Positions 15,344 through 31,191 of a DNA stretch of 64,000 nt are shown piece after piece. Under the pieces are notes generated by a model. The model had not been told where the DNA came from, ran no database searches, and saw nothing but the letters and a program-made list of their open reading frames with translations. A program made the position numbers and the translations under genes. Where the stretch lies: NCBI RefSeq assembly GCF_009914755.1, contig NC_060939.1, one strand, 5' to 3'. The DNA comes from the human T2T-CHM13v2.0 reference genome, Homo sapiens. Within the stretch, counting starts at the first letter, position 1. Every line of letters begins with the position of its first letter.

Positions 15344-16180
15344 ATCTGAAGTCCCTGTAAGGCAGGCAGCTCTCCAGTCTGCACGTTCTCTGAGGAGAAC
15401 AAGTTCCCGAGCAGACTCCCTGACGTGCAAAGTAGGCCATCCTTTCTTGCATCTGTCCTCAATCTAGTTTTGGCTTCAAGAGAAGACCCCAGTTTAAGCA
15501 AATCCAGATTCTGTGGGCAAGTTCAACGTCACCTGACCCAGCCCCTTCCCTAGCTTGCAAACTTGGACCACCTGGAAGGGTTGGGGAAGATAAATTCAAG
15601 ACCCCCTGAGGACATCATTCCCAACCGGCTTGAGATTCAGCAAGGTGTATGACTTTCTTTCTCAACACAGGGCCCTTGCTTTCCTCTGCTCCTGAAAGTA
15701 TATGCAAGTTGAATCTCTGCTTGTTAAACCTGGTTCCTGAAGTTTAAAAGAACTTGGTGACAGACTTCTTTTTTGTCAAGGGAAACATTCTTTTAAAATG
15801 TCACCAAAGAGTTCCCTCATCAGTCTGTTTGCTAAGGTTCTGGTTTTTTTTTGCATGTATAAGCTCTCCTTTACTGAAAGCTGGAAATATGCAGATGGTC
15901 AGTGAGATTATTTAAAAAACAAAAAACAAAAAACAAAATCCACAACCCTCCCCCATCCCCACCCCCCCAAACCTCACATGCAGCACTCCTGTGACAGGAA
16001 GAGGAAGATGTAACAGCTATTAGCCAATACAACTTACTGCCCTGTTCTAGGGGAACCTGTTTTACTAAGACTTTATTTTTAAAATACAATATTCTTTAGA
16101 GATGAGCCTAAGAGTCTAGACCTAGGGAGAAGGCAAAGCCAGCAGCACAACTAAACAGAAACCAAGCTCATCTGGCCAGC

Positions 16181-16543
<363 letters not shown>

Positions 16544-16839
16544 CTATCTGAGTGAGTCCGTGTGGCAAGCGGATGTGTCTGCATCCTCCATTGAGGGAGA
16601 CAGGAAACTGCGGGGGGAGTTGGGAGGGGACACAGGCGCCTTGTCCATGCTATTGTCACTTTAAAACTCTCTAGTTCTAACTTTTGCAATTAGCAAGAGT
16701 TGATTTAGAATTCTGAGCAAGTCATAGAAAATGACTCTGCTACAGAGAGACTCAGAACACACAAACACAAAACCCAACACAGTGCCAGGAACCTGGAGGA
16801 GGGTGTGAACGCCTACAATAAGCAGTCAGACACTTACCC

Positions 16840-17010
16840 CTTGTCAGACACTGTCCTTAAGCATTTTACTTACACTTCACTTTATCCTCTTAACAACCCT
16901 GTGAGAAAGCTATCATGATCCCTATTTTACAGATGAAGAAATAGGCTCAGAAAGGTCAGGTAAATTGTCTGGGGACACACAGCTTGCGAGTGGTAGAGCT
17001 GGGACTCACC
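16840..17010 (-). mobile_element. MIR
   Basis: aacaaccctgtgag...cctattttacagatgaagaaataggctcagaaagg. Confidence 0.75.
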
Positions 17011-17474
17011 CCCTCACAGATCTTGTTAAAAAACTGGGAACCAGCCAATCTCTTTAGGAAAATGGCCAACTCCTGGTGCTCTATTTCCATAGTGTCACTC
17101 TCTGATTTGGGATCCAGCAGTGTTATCCTGCTACCTATCAGTTCAAGGCAGACTTTGGTTTTCCCTAGCACAGTTTAAGTGCTCAATGAATATCTTAATT
17201 AGCATATGAAAGCAAAAAGCAGAAAATGGGGCCATGCATTCTGTACTTCTTCACATAGAAACAACGGCCAGGCTTACCCCAGCAGGTTCAGTCCCTGCCT
17301 CTAAAATCCTCTTCCCCTCTTCTAATCCAGCCTCCCCAGAGCTTACTGCAAGTCTTGTCTCCCCAGAAACAGCCCAGTGAAAGGCTCTGAAATGGACTCA
17401 CTTCACTACCCATCGGGGAGCGACTTTCCTAACCAGGGCTCCGGGGCTGCCAAGACTGATCACAGAGGCAGTCA

Positions 17475-17711
<237 letters not shown>

Positions 17712-18964
17712 TCAGTGTGGGGCTCATGACCCTCCCACACCCACCTAAGTCCAAAGATGGAACACACTAACTCTCATGAAAACAGTGCTGACATAATTAA
17801 ACACATCCTGAAGTTGTGCCAAAGATAAGCCCCCCTCACAAGTGTTATGCATGTGAAAGGCCCCTTCTGGAGGCCTCTCACACCGAGACCACCAGGAAAT
17901 TGTCAGAGCACAGCAACAGGTTCCAGGGCCCGGGAAAGCGGCAAGATCAAATCAAACTCCTCAGGTTAAAGGTGAGAGATCTGAGGCACAGAGAGAACTG
18001 ACTTGTTCAAGGTCACGCATCGAGTCACTAGTTGAGCTGGGCCTAGGGGACCTGGTCCCGGGACTGCCAGTTTTGGCTCCTTTCTGCCATATCACAAGAT
18101 CCCCACCAAGGCAAACATGGTCTCTGAGTATCTTGCAAAACACTCCCAATTGAACAAAGAAAACCAAAATCCTGTATCTGAATTAATTAATCAGGCAAGT
18201 GTCTCCATTCTCAACTTTATCTGGCCACGAAGATGCATGGGAAAGCTGCACTGTGCTGGTGGCAAGGGAGAAGGGGAGGGAACAGGACTCCCTTCTTTTC
18301 CCTCCTTCCTTCCTGTAGGCCTCGACTACACACCACACTGCCAGGGAACCCAACAAGTGGCCTGCAGTCCTCCACTTCTGAGCACCTGGGGCTCCTGAGC
18401 ACCTGAGCCTGTGCCCCTAGGTGTGGGGCTGTAGGCTGCAACCACCAGGGGGCCCCACAACCCCTCTAGCTCTGGACCTCCTCTCCACTACTGAATACCT
18501 AGATGGGAAAGAGGGGTCCTCAGGCCACACACTCTTCTCTCTCTATCCCCTCCCTCCCTCCCTGGGAGAGTGTCTAAGTGCGGGTCACACTACAGAAAGA
18601 CTGTAGAATCCCACTCCCTGGGGGCTTTGGAAAAGGGACAAAAATTGAAGTGGGGATTCAGTTGGATGGTTTTAAAGGAGTTATTATGCAGTTGGAGAAT
18701 CTCAGGATATTTCCATGAGCATGGGACTCATGCTTTGTTCTTTTAGGGAAGTCAACCAATGAGACAGATTAGGGACTATGGAAAACAAAGCAGACAGCCC
18801 TACTCCCCTCCATAGCTTTGGAAGGTGGTAGCTACCAGACAGACAGCCAGCCTTCAGTAGCTGGGTGGGGGCCTCCCAACACCCAGCCCACCCACCTCTG
18901 CAAAGCCAAGGACGAGCCCCAAGGCCTCAGCTGGGCCCCTGCAGCCCTGGGCCGCACCCTGTCA

Positions 18965-19339
<375 letters not shown>

Positions 19340-20506
19340 TCACCTGCAGTTTGTGGGCCTCGGCGTCTCCATCTGGAAAATGGGGGGTTGGACTGGAGGA
19401 TCTTTGAAGCCTTATCCAATGTTAACACTTTTATTCTGCAATTACAGCTTCTGTCTTAACAGTGATTGACTTGAAATTAGCCTGGGGCTTTCTTGGTGCA
19501 TGAGCCAAGAGGTTTACTGCCTCTCCCTGAGACTAAGGAGCCAGAGGGAAACCAAAAGTCAACTTGAACTAACAAACTAACTCCTTCTGCATCTGATAAT
19601 GATGATGATAAGGGCGGTTAACATGGCACTTCATGTACTGAGTCACTTTATCTCACAACCCCTGTAAGGTAGAAATAATTATTAGTTAATTTCACATATG
19701 TGGAAATGGAGGGCACAGGATTTGGTAATTCATCAGGCAGCCCAACTTCAGACCTGTGCTCTTACTCTTTGAATATTGCCTGTCAAAAAAGGACAAGAGA
19801 AAAAGCAATGGAGGACCCCAATTCTGTCCATGGTATTTGACACGATGTGCTCTGTCAAAGCTTTACACCAGACGGGTTCTAGCCAATGTTATCCCTGTTT
19901 GATGGTAGAGGAAACTGAGGCCCAGGAAGTGAAGGGTCATACTGCTTGCAAGTAACTGAGCTACATTTTGACTTCCCACCTCACCCACCTTTGAGGCACC
20001 AGGTACAAAAAAATCCCATCCCAGGCTGAGTCCCCATTCCAAAGGTGGCCAGGTCTAACAAGGGAGTGAAACCATTGCTCCTTGGAGTCAATGTCGGGAG
20101 CTAGGTTGCTCTCTCTATGACCTTGCAGTTGAGACCTGGGTCATTCTCAGCAGAAGCCAAGGGCAGGGAGGAAGTCTTGACAGTGGTCTGTGTGGGCAAG
20201 CCCAGCACCTGCTACCAAAAGCAGCTTCCCGCCCCAGGACGGTAAGGCAACACACACTGACAAGCAGGGGCGGAGAAAGCACTGAGACACGTGTGATCTG
20301 GGCAGGGGGCAGTGGAGAGTGTGAACATGAACGTGCCTGAGTGCCTGACCCCTAATGGTGACTGAATCACAATGTTTTACAAGGATTTTATATACTCAAT
20401 CCCCATACCTCACCCATATACAGAACTTCAAAGACTTTTTCCTTTTGTAATGACATTATAAAATCAAGACTTCCAGACAGATCAAAATAGTTTGGCTTTT
20501 TCCTAG

Positions 20507-21235
<729 letters not shown>

Positions 21236-21835
21236 TGATTTCCTTAAAATCAAAGGAATACAGCGAATCAGATCCTGGTAATTATAGAAAGTGTTGTTCT
21301 GAACATGACCTGCCCCTTTCTGGCTGGTAAATCAGTGAAGCTTAGGGGATGTCTATCTCTACAAGGATGAGCAGAGGAGCCAGAAATGCTACCCAGGCCC
21401 CTGAGAGCCTGTTCACTATCGCAACAAGGACTGGTGACCAGGGGTCACTCTTCTCCACACCACGTTGAGGAAGGCCTGCCTGCACGAGGCTCTCACACCA
21501 CACGGCTCTCAGTCATTCCAGGGTTCTATGTCAGGACTGACTCATTTCTCACAGTTCAGGGGCCAGCGACCCAAGGAGAAAACTGGAGTCCACCTCCAGG
21601 GCCAGTTTAATTCTTGGATTGCTCCTCCCTTCCCAAAAAGGGGCAACAAGCCATGCCCTGAACCTGAAGACATTACAGCTCAGGTTTCCAAAGCTGAGCA
21701 GAAACTGAGTGGAAAAGCAGGAGACCAGAAATTGAAACTAGGGTTCTACGCTACCCGTACAATAGCTGCCCATTCTGTCTGTGACCTTGGTCAAGGTATT
21801 TAACTTCTCTGGGCCTCAGTTTCTCTATGGACTCA

Positions 21836-22108
<273 letters not shown>

Positions 22109-22273
22109 CTAAATAAGGCAGGGAAAGAAAAAGCAGAAACAGCTTTTAAAATGAAGGCTACCGGCTCAGAGCTGCCCGGCTTTCCCCAGACGGGCAAGAA
22201 GGGAAAGCAGTCTCAGGCAATTGTCTGGCATGTTGGTGCAAGCACCCGGCTTTCCCTTCAATTACTCTTTCTA

Positions 22274-22879
<606 letters not shown>

Positions 22880-23074
22880 TTAGGGACTTCTGGGCCTTGC
22901 CCCGCCACCCCAATGCCCCCACAAGACCCCCACATGCCCAGTTGCTTTCACCCACTCCTGCCATCACAGCAGAGCCTGCCGCTGTAGCTGGCATTCACAT
23001 GGCAGTACCCATGTGGCCTGTCCTGAGGCAGGCGCAGCAGACCAGGGGCTCCTCCAGCTCTCCCACCTCTAGCC

Positions 23075-23261
23075 CAGCACTGTCCAACAGAACTTCCTTC
23101 AAGGACGGAAACGGTCTGTACTGTTCAAGACAGGGGCCACTAGTCACATGTGGCCACGGAGTGCGGCCAGTGAGACTAAGGAATAGAGCTTTTAATTCTA
23201 TTTAATTTCAATTAATTTAAGTGTAAACAGACACAGGTAACTACTATATTGGATAGCACAG
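23075..23261. mobile_element. MER3 hAT MITE
   Basis: cagcactgtccaacagaact...gccactagtcacatgtggcc...tattggatagcacag, flanked by ctctag on both sides. Confidence 0.85.
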
Positions 23262-25401
23262 CTCTAGACTTTGCTCTTCACGGTCCAGCATAGACGTGGA
23301 AGGAGAATGGAAACCCACAAACTTAGGATGGGCCCATAATGAAATGCTGAGATCTGTCTCAAAGTCTGTGCTTGGAGGCACCTCTGTGGCCCTGTCTTTT
23401 TCCCCACTCAGCTCCCTTACCCACAATTTGGGTCCTAAATCCTTTATTTCTAATGAGGTAGAAAGAACGAATAAAAAGCCACCCTCTCACAGGGTTGTTA
23501 AGAGGTAGACTTAGCTGAAGGTGAAACTGCAGGTTCTAATGAAGAAGGTAGAAAGACAGGCCGAGGAAAAGTAACCAGGTCGCAGGCATGAAATGACCCT
23601 GGGAGTAAGCAAAGGAGACCCGGTGTGTGGCCCTCCAGGCAGCTGGCCCAGAGTTCTCCTTCCTGCCCCAGAGCAGCCAGCTTCTGGGAAACCCGGCCTC
23701 TCTGGACTGGAAGACACCTTAAATGTGATCCCTGCCCACACCTGGTATCTCAAAGAGTCCCTTCAGCCCAGGACACAGCAGCCCAAGCTCCCTGCAGGTG
23801 CCAGGAAACACTTACCAATGTCAACTGGATTTGTTGCCTCCCTCCCTGGAACTTCCATGCACAGGCCCTGATTTCTCACCAATGGGTCACATGGCACAAG
23901 CCTTCCTTCTCAACAGCAGTCCAGCATTGTTCAAAGGGTTGCTCCTGCCCCTCAGGGCCTTTTCTTCTCTTGGATAAGCAGCCAGGCTTTCTAACCTGTC
24001 CCTGTCCAGGGCTGCTCCTGCTCCTTTGAGCAGGCCAACATGCCTAGCTTCTTCTTTCTGGGCCCAGAATGACTAGGTGCCCCTCTTACTCAGGCATCTC
24101 TGGGCCAAGTAGAGATATGGGGGAAAGGAGGTGGAAACAGAGTCCACATGAGGCCTGCTATGCCCCTCCTCAGCCCCCTCTTGCCAGTGGGCAGAGCAGG
24201 GGAGCACTGGGGTACACATCTGGATCTCAGAGTCCTGCAGGGCCCTGCAACTGCCCTGCCTTCATTCTTCACTGGTGGGTGGAGGCATGCCACTCCGCCC
24301 GGGACAGCAGCAATTTGTGGGTTTCATCTAGCACAGCCCACAGAGCAGGAGAACCAGGGAGCGCAGCCCTCTCCTGGAGCTAAGGAGCTCTCAGCCTAGG
24401 AAATGGTCACCAAAGCCCACCTTCCTGTTGGGTCTGGGAGGGGGAGGCTCAGTCCTTTCCCACCCCCTCAGTCCCTGAGATCCAGATGTCCAGGTCAAGC
24501 CACCTTCTCAAGGTCATGGCAAGAGTGCCTGGGAATAAATCCTGTGAGGCCTTCTGCCCTAGGGCAGGAAAGCATCGCAGAGCCAGGAAGCCAGGCCTTA
24601 GGGGGCCAGTGCAGATGGAGGGAGAGTAACTGTGTTGGGGGAGGGGAGCCATCTCCTTCGTTTGCAGTAAACACTGGAGTCACGTGGCCCACAGTCTTCT
24701 TTAGTAATTGGTTTCCTTGGAAGGCCTGGGAATTCTTGAAGCTCCACCAAAGCAAGGCAAATATGAGAAGAGATTCCAGTCTACCCTCAAAGACTGCAGA
24801 CATGCGGTTTTTCTAGACGGGTCAATGGCTTCTCCTTACTGCCGTTGGCCGAGGAGAGGAGGGCCTCAGAGAGCAGTGCTGGGGAGCCCAGGGAATTCGT
24901 CCAGGAAGTCGGTCTCCTTCCTGGAGAGGAACAGTGCTGCCTGCCACCCCTGCCCACAGCCCAAGGGGCTGCTGCTGGGGTAGGCTGCCTAGGAATGCTA
25001 CAGATAGACATAGGTTTCGGAGCCCTGACGAGGCCAGTCCCTGGCTCCTACCACAACACCAAAACTGGTGGCTGCTCCTCTGGAGGACAATACTCAAGCA
25101 ATCACTATTAATGCTTTGATTAAAAATAATCGTCATATCTTTCTCAAGCACTCGCTAGGCACACTCTAGGTGCTTCATACACAGTCTCGTTTAATCCCCA
25201 TAACCACTCCTTGGGGTGTGTTCTCTCCGTTTTAAAGGCACGTCCGAACTGCTTATCCTAAAATCCCAAAAGAAGGTCACAGGAGGGTGGGTGTCTACTG
25301 CACTCAGGTGGCTAGTGTTAGCCACAAGATGAGGAGGGGCCCCTGTTGGCTTCTTGGGACTCTCCCCAGACCCCCAAGTCAATTCTACAAGTTCTTGGCT
25401 G

Positions 25402-26001
25402 TGCTGGGGCTCAGAACACAATACCCAAATGTAAGGGGCTTTGGCGTGCTGGGTACTTTGAACTAAAGGAGATTGGAAGGCCTCAGAAGCAAGCTCTGTG
25501 AATTTCTCTTGCCCTCCTGTCTCTCACCCTCTCTCCCCAGAAGTCACAGAATCCAGAACTTCTCTTCCCCAAGGCGGGTCACAGAAACTAGAATTCCTCT
25601 CTCCCAAAGCAAAGCCGAGAAAGGTTACTCTCTCCTGTCCCTTCTCCCTTGAAGACCCTCATGCCAGGGAAGTCCTGCCCCATATCTAGGAGGAAGGAAT
25701 GCTACACAGAGAGGCCACAAAGAATCTGAACAGACAGGCCTTGCTGGGTTCCCTCTCAGCCTACACCCCTTTGTCCAGTCCCATTTCTTCATGGCTGTCT
25801 ATTCTTCATCAAACCTAAGTATAAAAATAGGCAGTTTCCCTGGGTCTTTGGTTCTTCTTCTCTGAAGGTTCTCATGTCACTTACAACTTTGATTAAATAA
25901 ATTTGTTACGCTCTTCTTTTGTTAGCCTTTCTTTTGTTATAAGTGTTGGCCATGACTCTTACGACGGGTAAGGAAAGGGATCACACCTTCCCGCCCCTAC
26001 A
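25402..26001 (+). mobile_element. ERV1 solo LTR (MER34/MER39 family)
   Basis: TGCTGGGGCTCAGAA...CCCCTACA; 4-bp TSD GCTG; TATAAAA at 25820; ATTAAATAAA at 25892. Confidence 0.85.
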
Positions 26002-28296
26002 GCTGTAACTGTTTCTTTTCAGCTCCTCTTCTAACTGTTCCACCAGCCAGGTGGGCACCACCCCTAGAGGTCTCTGCTCTGGTTACACATCCTTAGCAAC
26101 CAAAGCACAGAGCCTAACCCTGCCCTGGCTCAGATGACGCTGCAGGAGGGGGCAAGGATACAGAGAGGGGCCTGGGACCCTGCTCTTCCCCAAATAGCAA
26201 GAGGTTGCTTCCACTCCCTTGGGAAATCCCCATCGTTTTAAAGGTGGTGTCTTCAGAATCCCCACTGTTTCTGCATTTCCTCCCTGGTTGGTTTCAGCAC
26301 CATGCAGGGTGAGATCACAGAGGGGAAGGAGGGGACAGGGCTTAGACCTGAGGTTGCTGATACCACCAAAAAGCCCAAACCACATGGGGGAAAGACCCAC
26401 TGCTTTGTCATGAGATGAAGAGGGGTCCCAGTGAGAGCAGCAGGTGAGCTGTGAAGTATCTGAAATGCACCAAACAGGACAAAACAAAAATGTCAGCCCA
26501 ACAGCTGCCTGTGAAAGACATCCCATTCCCTTCCCTGCCTGCCTCCATGAGGGCCACACTTTCCTAGTGCTCTAGTTTCAAAGCCTAGACCCACCCCTGA
26601 ACTCTTGCTACAATACCAACCCATTTCCTCTGTACTTGGTTCTAACCCTTCCATGCAAAGAGAACATCCCTTTTCCACCCAGGGTGTGTTCTGCTTTAAA
26701 AAGAAAAAAAAAAAACCAAGGCCCACTTCCCCTGCCAAGTCCTGGGTGTGAGTGAAGCGCAAAGTTAAAATTAAACTGAAAATTTGTACTTTTGTAGACT
26801 TTTTCCCAATTCCACTGACCATTTAAAAATATCCAAATGTGGTTACCCTACCTAGTGGAACTGAAATTACTCTGCTTGTATCAGAAGCTTTTCCAACACC
26901 CCAAAGAGAAACCTACACAGGACCCAATGCTTCATTCCTCAAGTGAACACCTAAAAGGAGCCCTCATATTCATAAGAGAGGTCAGTGAGGAGGCAATGAA
27001 GGTTCCCAAGATGTCAGATTGCTGGGGGTCCTGTACTTCCTGAAAAACTTGTCCCCAAAGCAAAGACCTGTCAGTCATTTTTCACCAATGGGACCTGAAA
27101 ATTCCATGATAAACACAAATACGTTATTACTCTAAGGAACAATTTGTTGTTTAAAACTGAAATCTTGTCTTTACAGATCTCTCAAATTTGGCCTTTCCCC
27201 TCTGTTCCCAACGTTGCAGCACTGGTCACTGTCACCTCGAGTCACTTCAAGCCTGCTTTTGCCTCCACACCAGGTCTCTATGACTGTGAGGATGGAAGTG
27301 GTCAAGAGGCAGCCTGGATTACTGGGAACAGGCCTCGACCTAGAGGGCTCGACCCAACTGGCTCCATGATCTCAGCTCTCTCCCCCAGGCCTCAGGCTTC
27401 TGCCTCTGTAGAAAGGGGATGATGAGATCTGTTTAACCTATAAAGAGTAAACTCCAGCCTGGAAAACATTCCTGGCTTCTCACTGCCTTGGGAAAAATTC
27501 AAGTTCCTACACATGACCTCCAAGGTTCTCCATTCTTGGAGCTCCCTCCTCTTTATCCAACCTCAGCACCCCCAATCTCTCACTCTTACCCTACAAATCC
27601 AGTTCCCCTTCCCAGGAAGCCTTCTCCAACCCAGCTCTGTGCATCCTGGGGCACCAAGGGCAGCTGCTGCATGAATCATTTACTCGTGTATTAAGCATCC
27701 GATCCTCCTAGAGGTCAGGGACTGTCCTCCGTAATCAGCCTACCAGGGAGCGGAGACCAGAGCAACTGCTTAACAAATGTCCTGTTTATTGCGCCAGGTA
27801 TAACATTAGGTGCTGGGAATATAGAGGTGAGTCAAACTGTCATGAAACGTATTCAACAGTATGACGAATAAATGTTGAATGAACCCTATCTTTTATAAAC
27901 ACCAGTGGTTTTTTGGAGTCTTTCTTGTGCCCAAGACAAGCATAAGCCCCTGAGAGGCAGGTCAGCTGTGCACACTCCCCCTGACCTGAATGACCCAGTG
28001 CTCTGCATGCAGGTCTCCAGCCCTCTCCACATGGGGCACACCTGCGACACTGTTGGCTGAGGAGACACGGAAGAAACAGTAAGCCAAGGTCGGGGTCCTT
28101 GCCAGCAAGAGGTGTGGTGGCCGGCTGGGAGGAGACAGCCACCAGTAAACAACTCCAGTCCAGTGTGCCAGGTAGCAGGACTGGGGCCGGGCCAGGGTGC
28201 ATTCTTCAAATGCCTCTACCAGATAGAACAGGCATGCTAAAGGCAGATGAGGGGGACCCAGAAGGACCAACGGAGGAGATACACTATATCAAAAGC

Positions 28297-28436
28297 CAGG
28301 ACTGGCTTAGAGGGCCCAGCATAAAATGAAAAACACGGAGCCCCTTGCTTAAAAATTAAGAATTCCAAGACAGTGACAGCAGCGCATTAAACCAAGTGCG
28401 TGCTGCACGGGTCACATGCCTGTGAAGCTGGCCCTG
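28297..28436. mobile_element. MER45-like hAT-Tip100 MITE
   Basis: caggactggctt...aaaatgaaaaacacggagccccttg...gcattaaaccaag...gaagctggccctg. Confidence 0.75.
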
Positions 28437-30643
28437 ATTAAAGTGGACAGTTTGGGCCTGAAACAGAGCCCTTTGAAGGACAGGACCAGAGAGAAGGAAG
28501 CTTAGAGTAAGAACTGCTCCTTCTTTTTCTAGTACTTCCTGAGGCAACAAGGAAAGGTGGACAGAAGGCAGGCTCTCGAGTCCGAGAGAACTGGCTCAAG
28601 TTCAATTTTTCTTCTTTTTAGCCCAGCTTACCTTTCTGAGCTTCCGTTTCCTTTAGTGACTATAATGTCCATCACCTAGGGTTGGATTAAATAAGAATGT
28701 ACTTGGAGCATCCCCAGCTTGGAAAAAGCCACTTGCCTTCCCCTTTTTCCATGGCTATCTTTACTGTTGCGTACAGTCAAGGCACAAGAATGGAAACGAA
28801 GGGCAGGTTAGCAGATTTGAGTCAACTAAGCTGTCTGTACGGCTTCCTTATAGTAAATACGAGGCCTCTTAACCTGTTGGGGAACCAGGAATGGTGTGCT
28901 TAAAACCGACCCCTTTGGATTTTTACATCCACACCTTGTTTTGTTTTTCACACTAACCCTGACCACCCTTGATTTTCTTTTCCTTCACGGAGCAAGAATT
29001 CAATACATATTTGTAGCTTTGGTTTCAACCTTGTCAGTCCCTGACCAATTTGGTTTTCAGGTTCCAGTCTTTGCACACAAGAGAAGACTCATATCAAATT
29101 GACCCTGTGTTTTTTGGTGCTCGTGGGTTTTAAATAGGTCAGCTTTTAAATGGGCCATCCCCTGTTGCAGATCCCATTTCAGCTAGAAGGCCAAACTGTC
29201 TGAGACACCAAGGTTTTAGACTGGGGTGATAGATGCTTGTGATTTTGTTGTTTTAACCATAAAATCGATGGTTTTGCTGAACAGCCAGTGTGGCAAAACC
29301 TGCAGAAATCAGTCAGGTTCCATGTTGGGGAAAAGTGAAAGCTCTGACAGAAAAGTTAGACATTTTGAAAGCTAGAAGGGCCTTAGGGATCTCCTAGGCC
29401 AGTGGCTTTCTACATTTTACACCGTGGCTCAGTACACACGTTTTTGTGTGTGTATAGGCATACACAACTGAAAACAAAACTTAACACTTGCAATTACTTT
29501 CTTATGTTACTTAGAACAAAATATGTGTAACGTGACCTACAGTCTGCAAAACTCTGGTGTAGGTCAGTTCTCTTTTTTCAGAGGAAGAAGCAAGGTCCAA
29601 AGTTGGGGCCAGAGTCACTGTGAGCTGGGCGATTCGTTTCCCTGCAGCACACACCACCACCAGGCATCAGAACTCACATCCCCAGTGGAAGACCATGGAA
29701 TTAACAGATCACTCGTGTAGCTTTCAAGTTTCTGCTAACAGGAGGCTATTCTGCAGCCTCAACAGTAGTAGACCCAGATCTCCACACCTCTAGAAGATCT
29801 TTTAAAACCTTAACTAGGGGCAGAGTCCCCTATTACTTTAAAACAAACAAAAAATCTCCCCAAGAAAAAAGCATCCACGTCTCTGATTTTTTTTGTTGTT
29901 TGTTTCCTACAATAGAGCTCTGAAGGCAGGCGGGGAGCACATGGCCCGGGGAAGTCGGTGACGCCATCCTTATTATTTTAGGGAGCCAAGGAACACAAGC
30001 TGAGGCGCGCTGCAGCGGTAATTAAGCTGTCTGCCAGGGCCCCGGCTCATAGGCTAAGCCGCCGGCGCGGGGAGGGCCCGCATTAACATAAACCCTGTGA
30101 CTTGCTCCTGCACCGCCTGGAACCGGCTTCCTCTGTCTCCTCCCGCGGGTGTGAGAGGGACTTGGGTTTCTGCTTCACCAAAGCAGAGGAGCTGGTTCCA
30201 CCGCAGATGTTCCTCCAGCCAGAAACACAGACTCAGGGCAGTACTCCGCAGGCTGGGGTGGCTGCAGGACCTGAGTTTTGGGCTTGCCAAATGGGCCTGT
30301 TTAGCTGGTGAATCCTAGCTGGGCCCCTCCCTGATATTGTTCCTTTGCTTCCTCCCCCTTAAACCTCCTTCCTACCTTCCAGCTGGTATAGACTCCACAT
30401 CAAGGACCTGTCAGTTCTACCTCCCGCAGGAAGCCTTCCCTGACTGCCCAGCCTCTAGCCCAGGCCTGTCTGGTTTAAGAGCGTGTATAGCTCTTAAAAG
30501 TGTTCACAGAGGAGCAGGAACTGTTTTGGGGTCTGAAGAAGGGAAGGAGGGGTTTTGGGTCTAGCTTTGCTGGGGGATGGGAGCTGCAGTGTGGAAAAGG
30601 GGAGATGAAGGTTTTAGAACTGGCAGGGTACACGACCCAGTGA

Positions 30644-31191
<548 letters not shown>

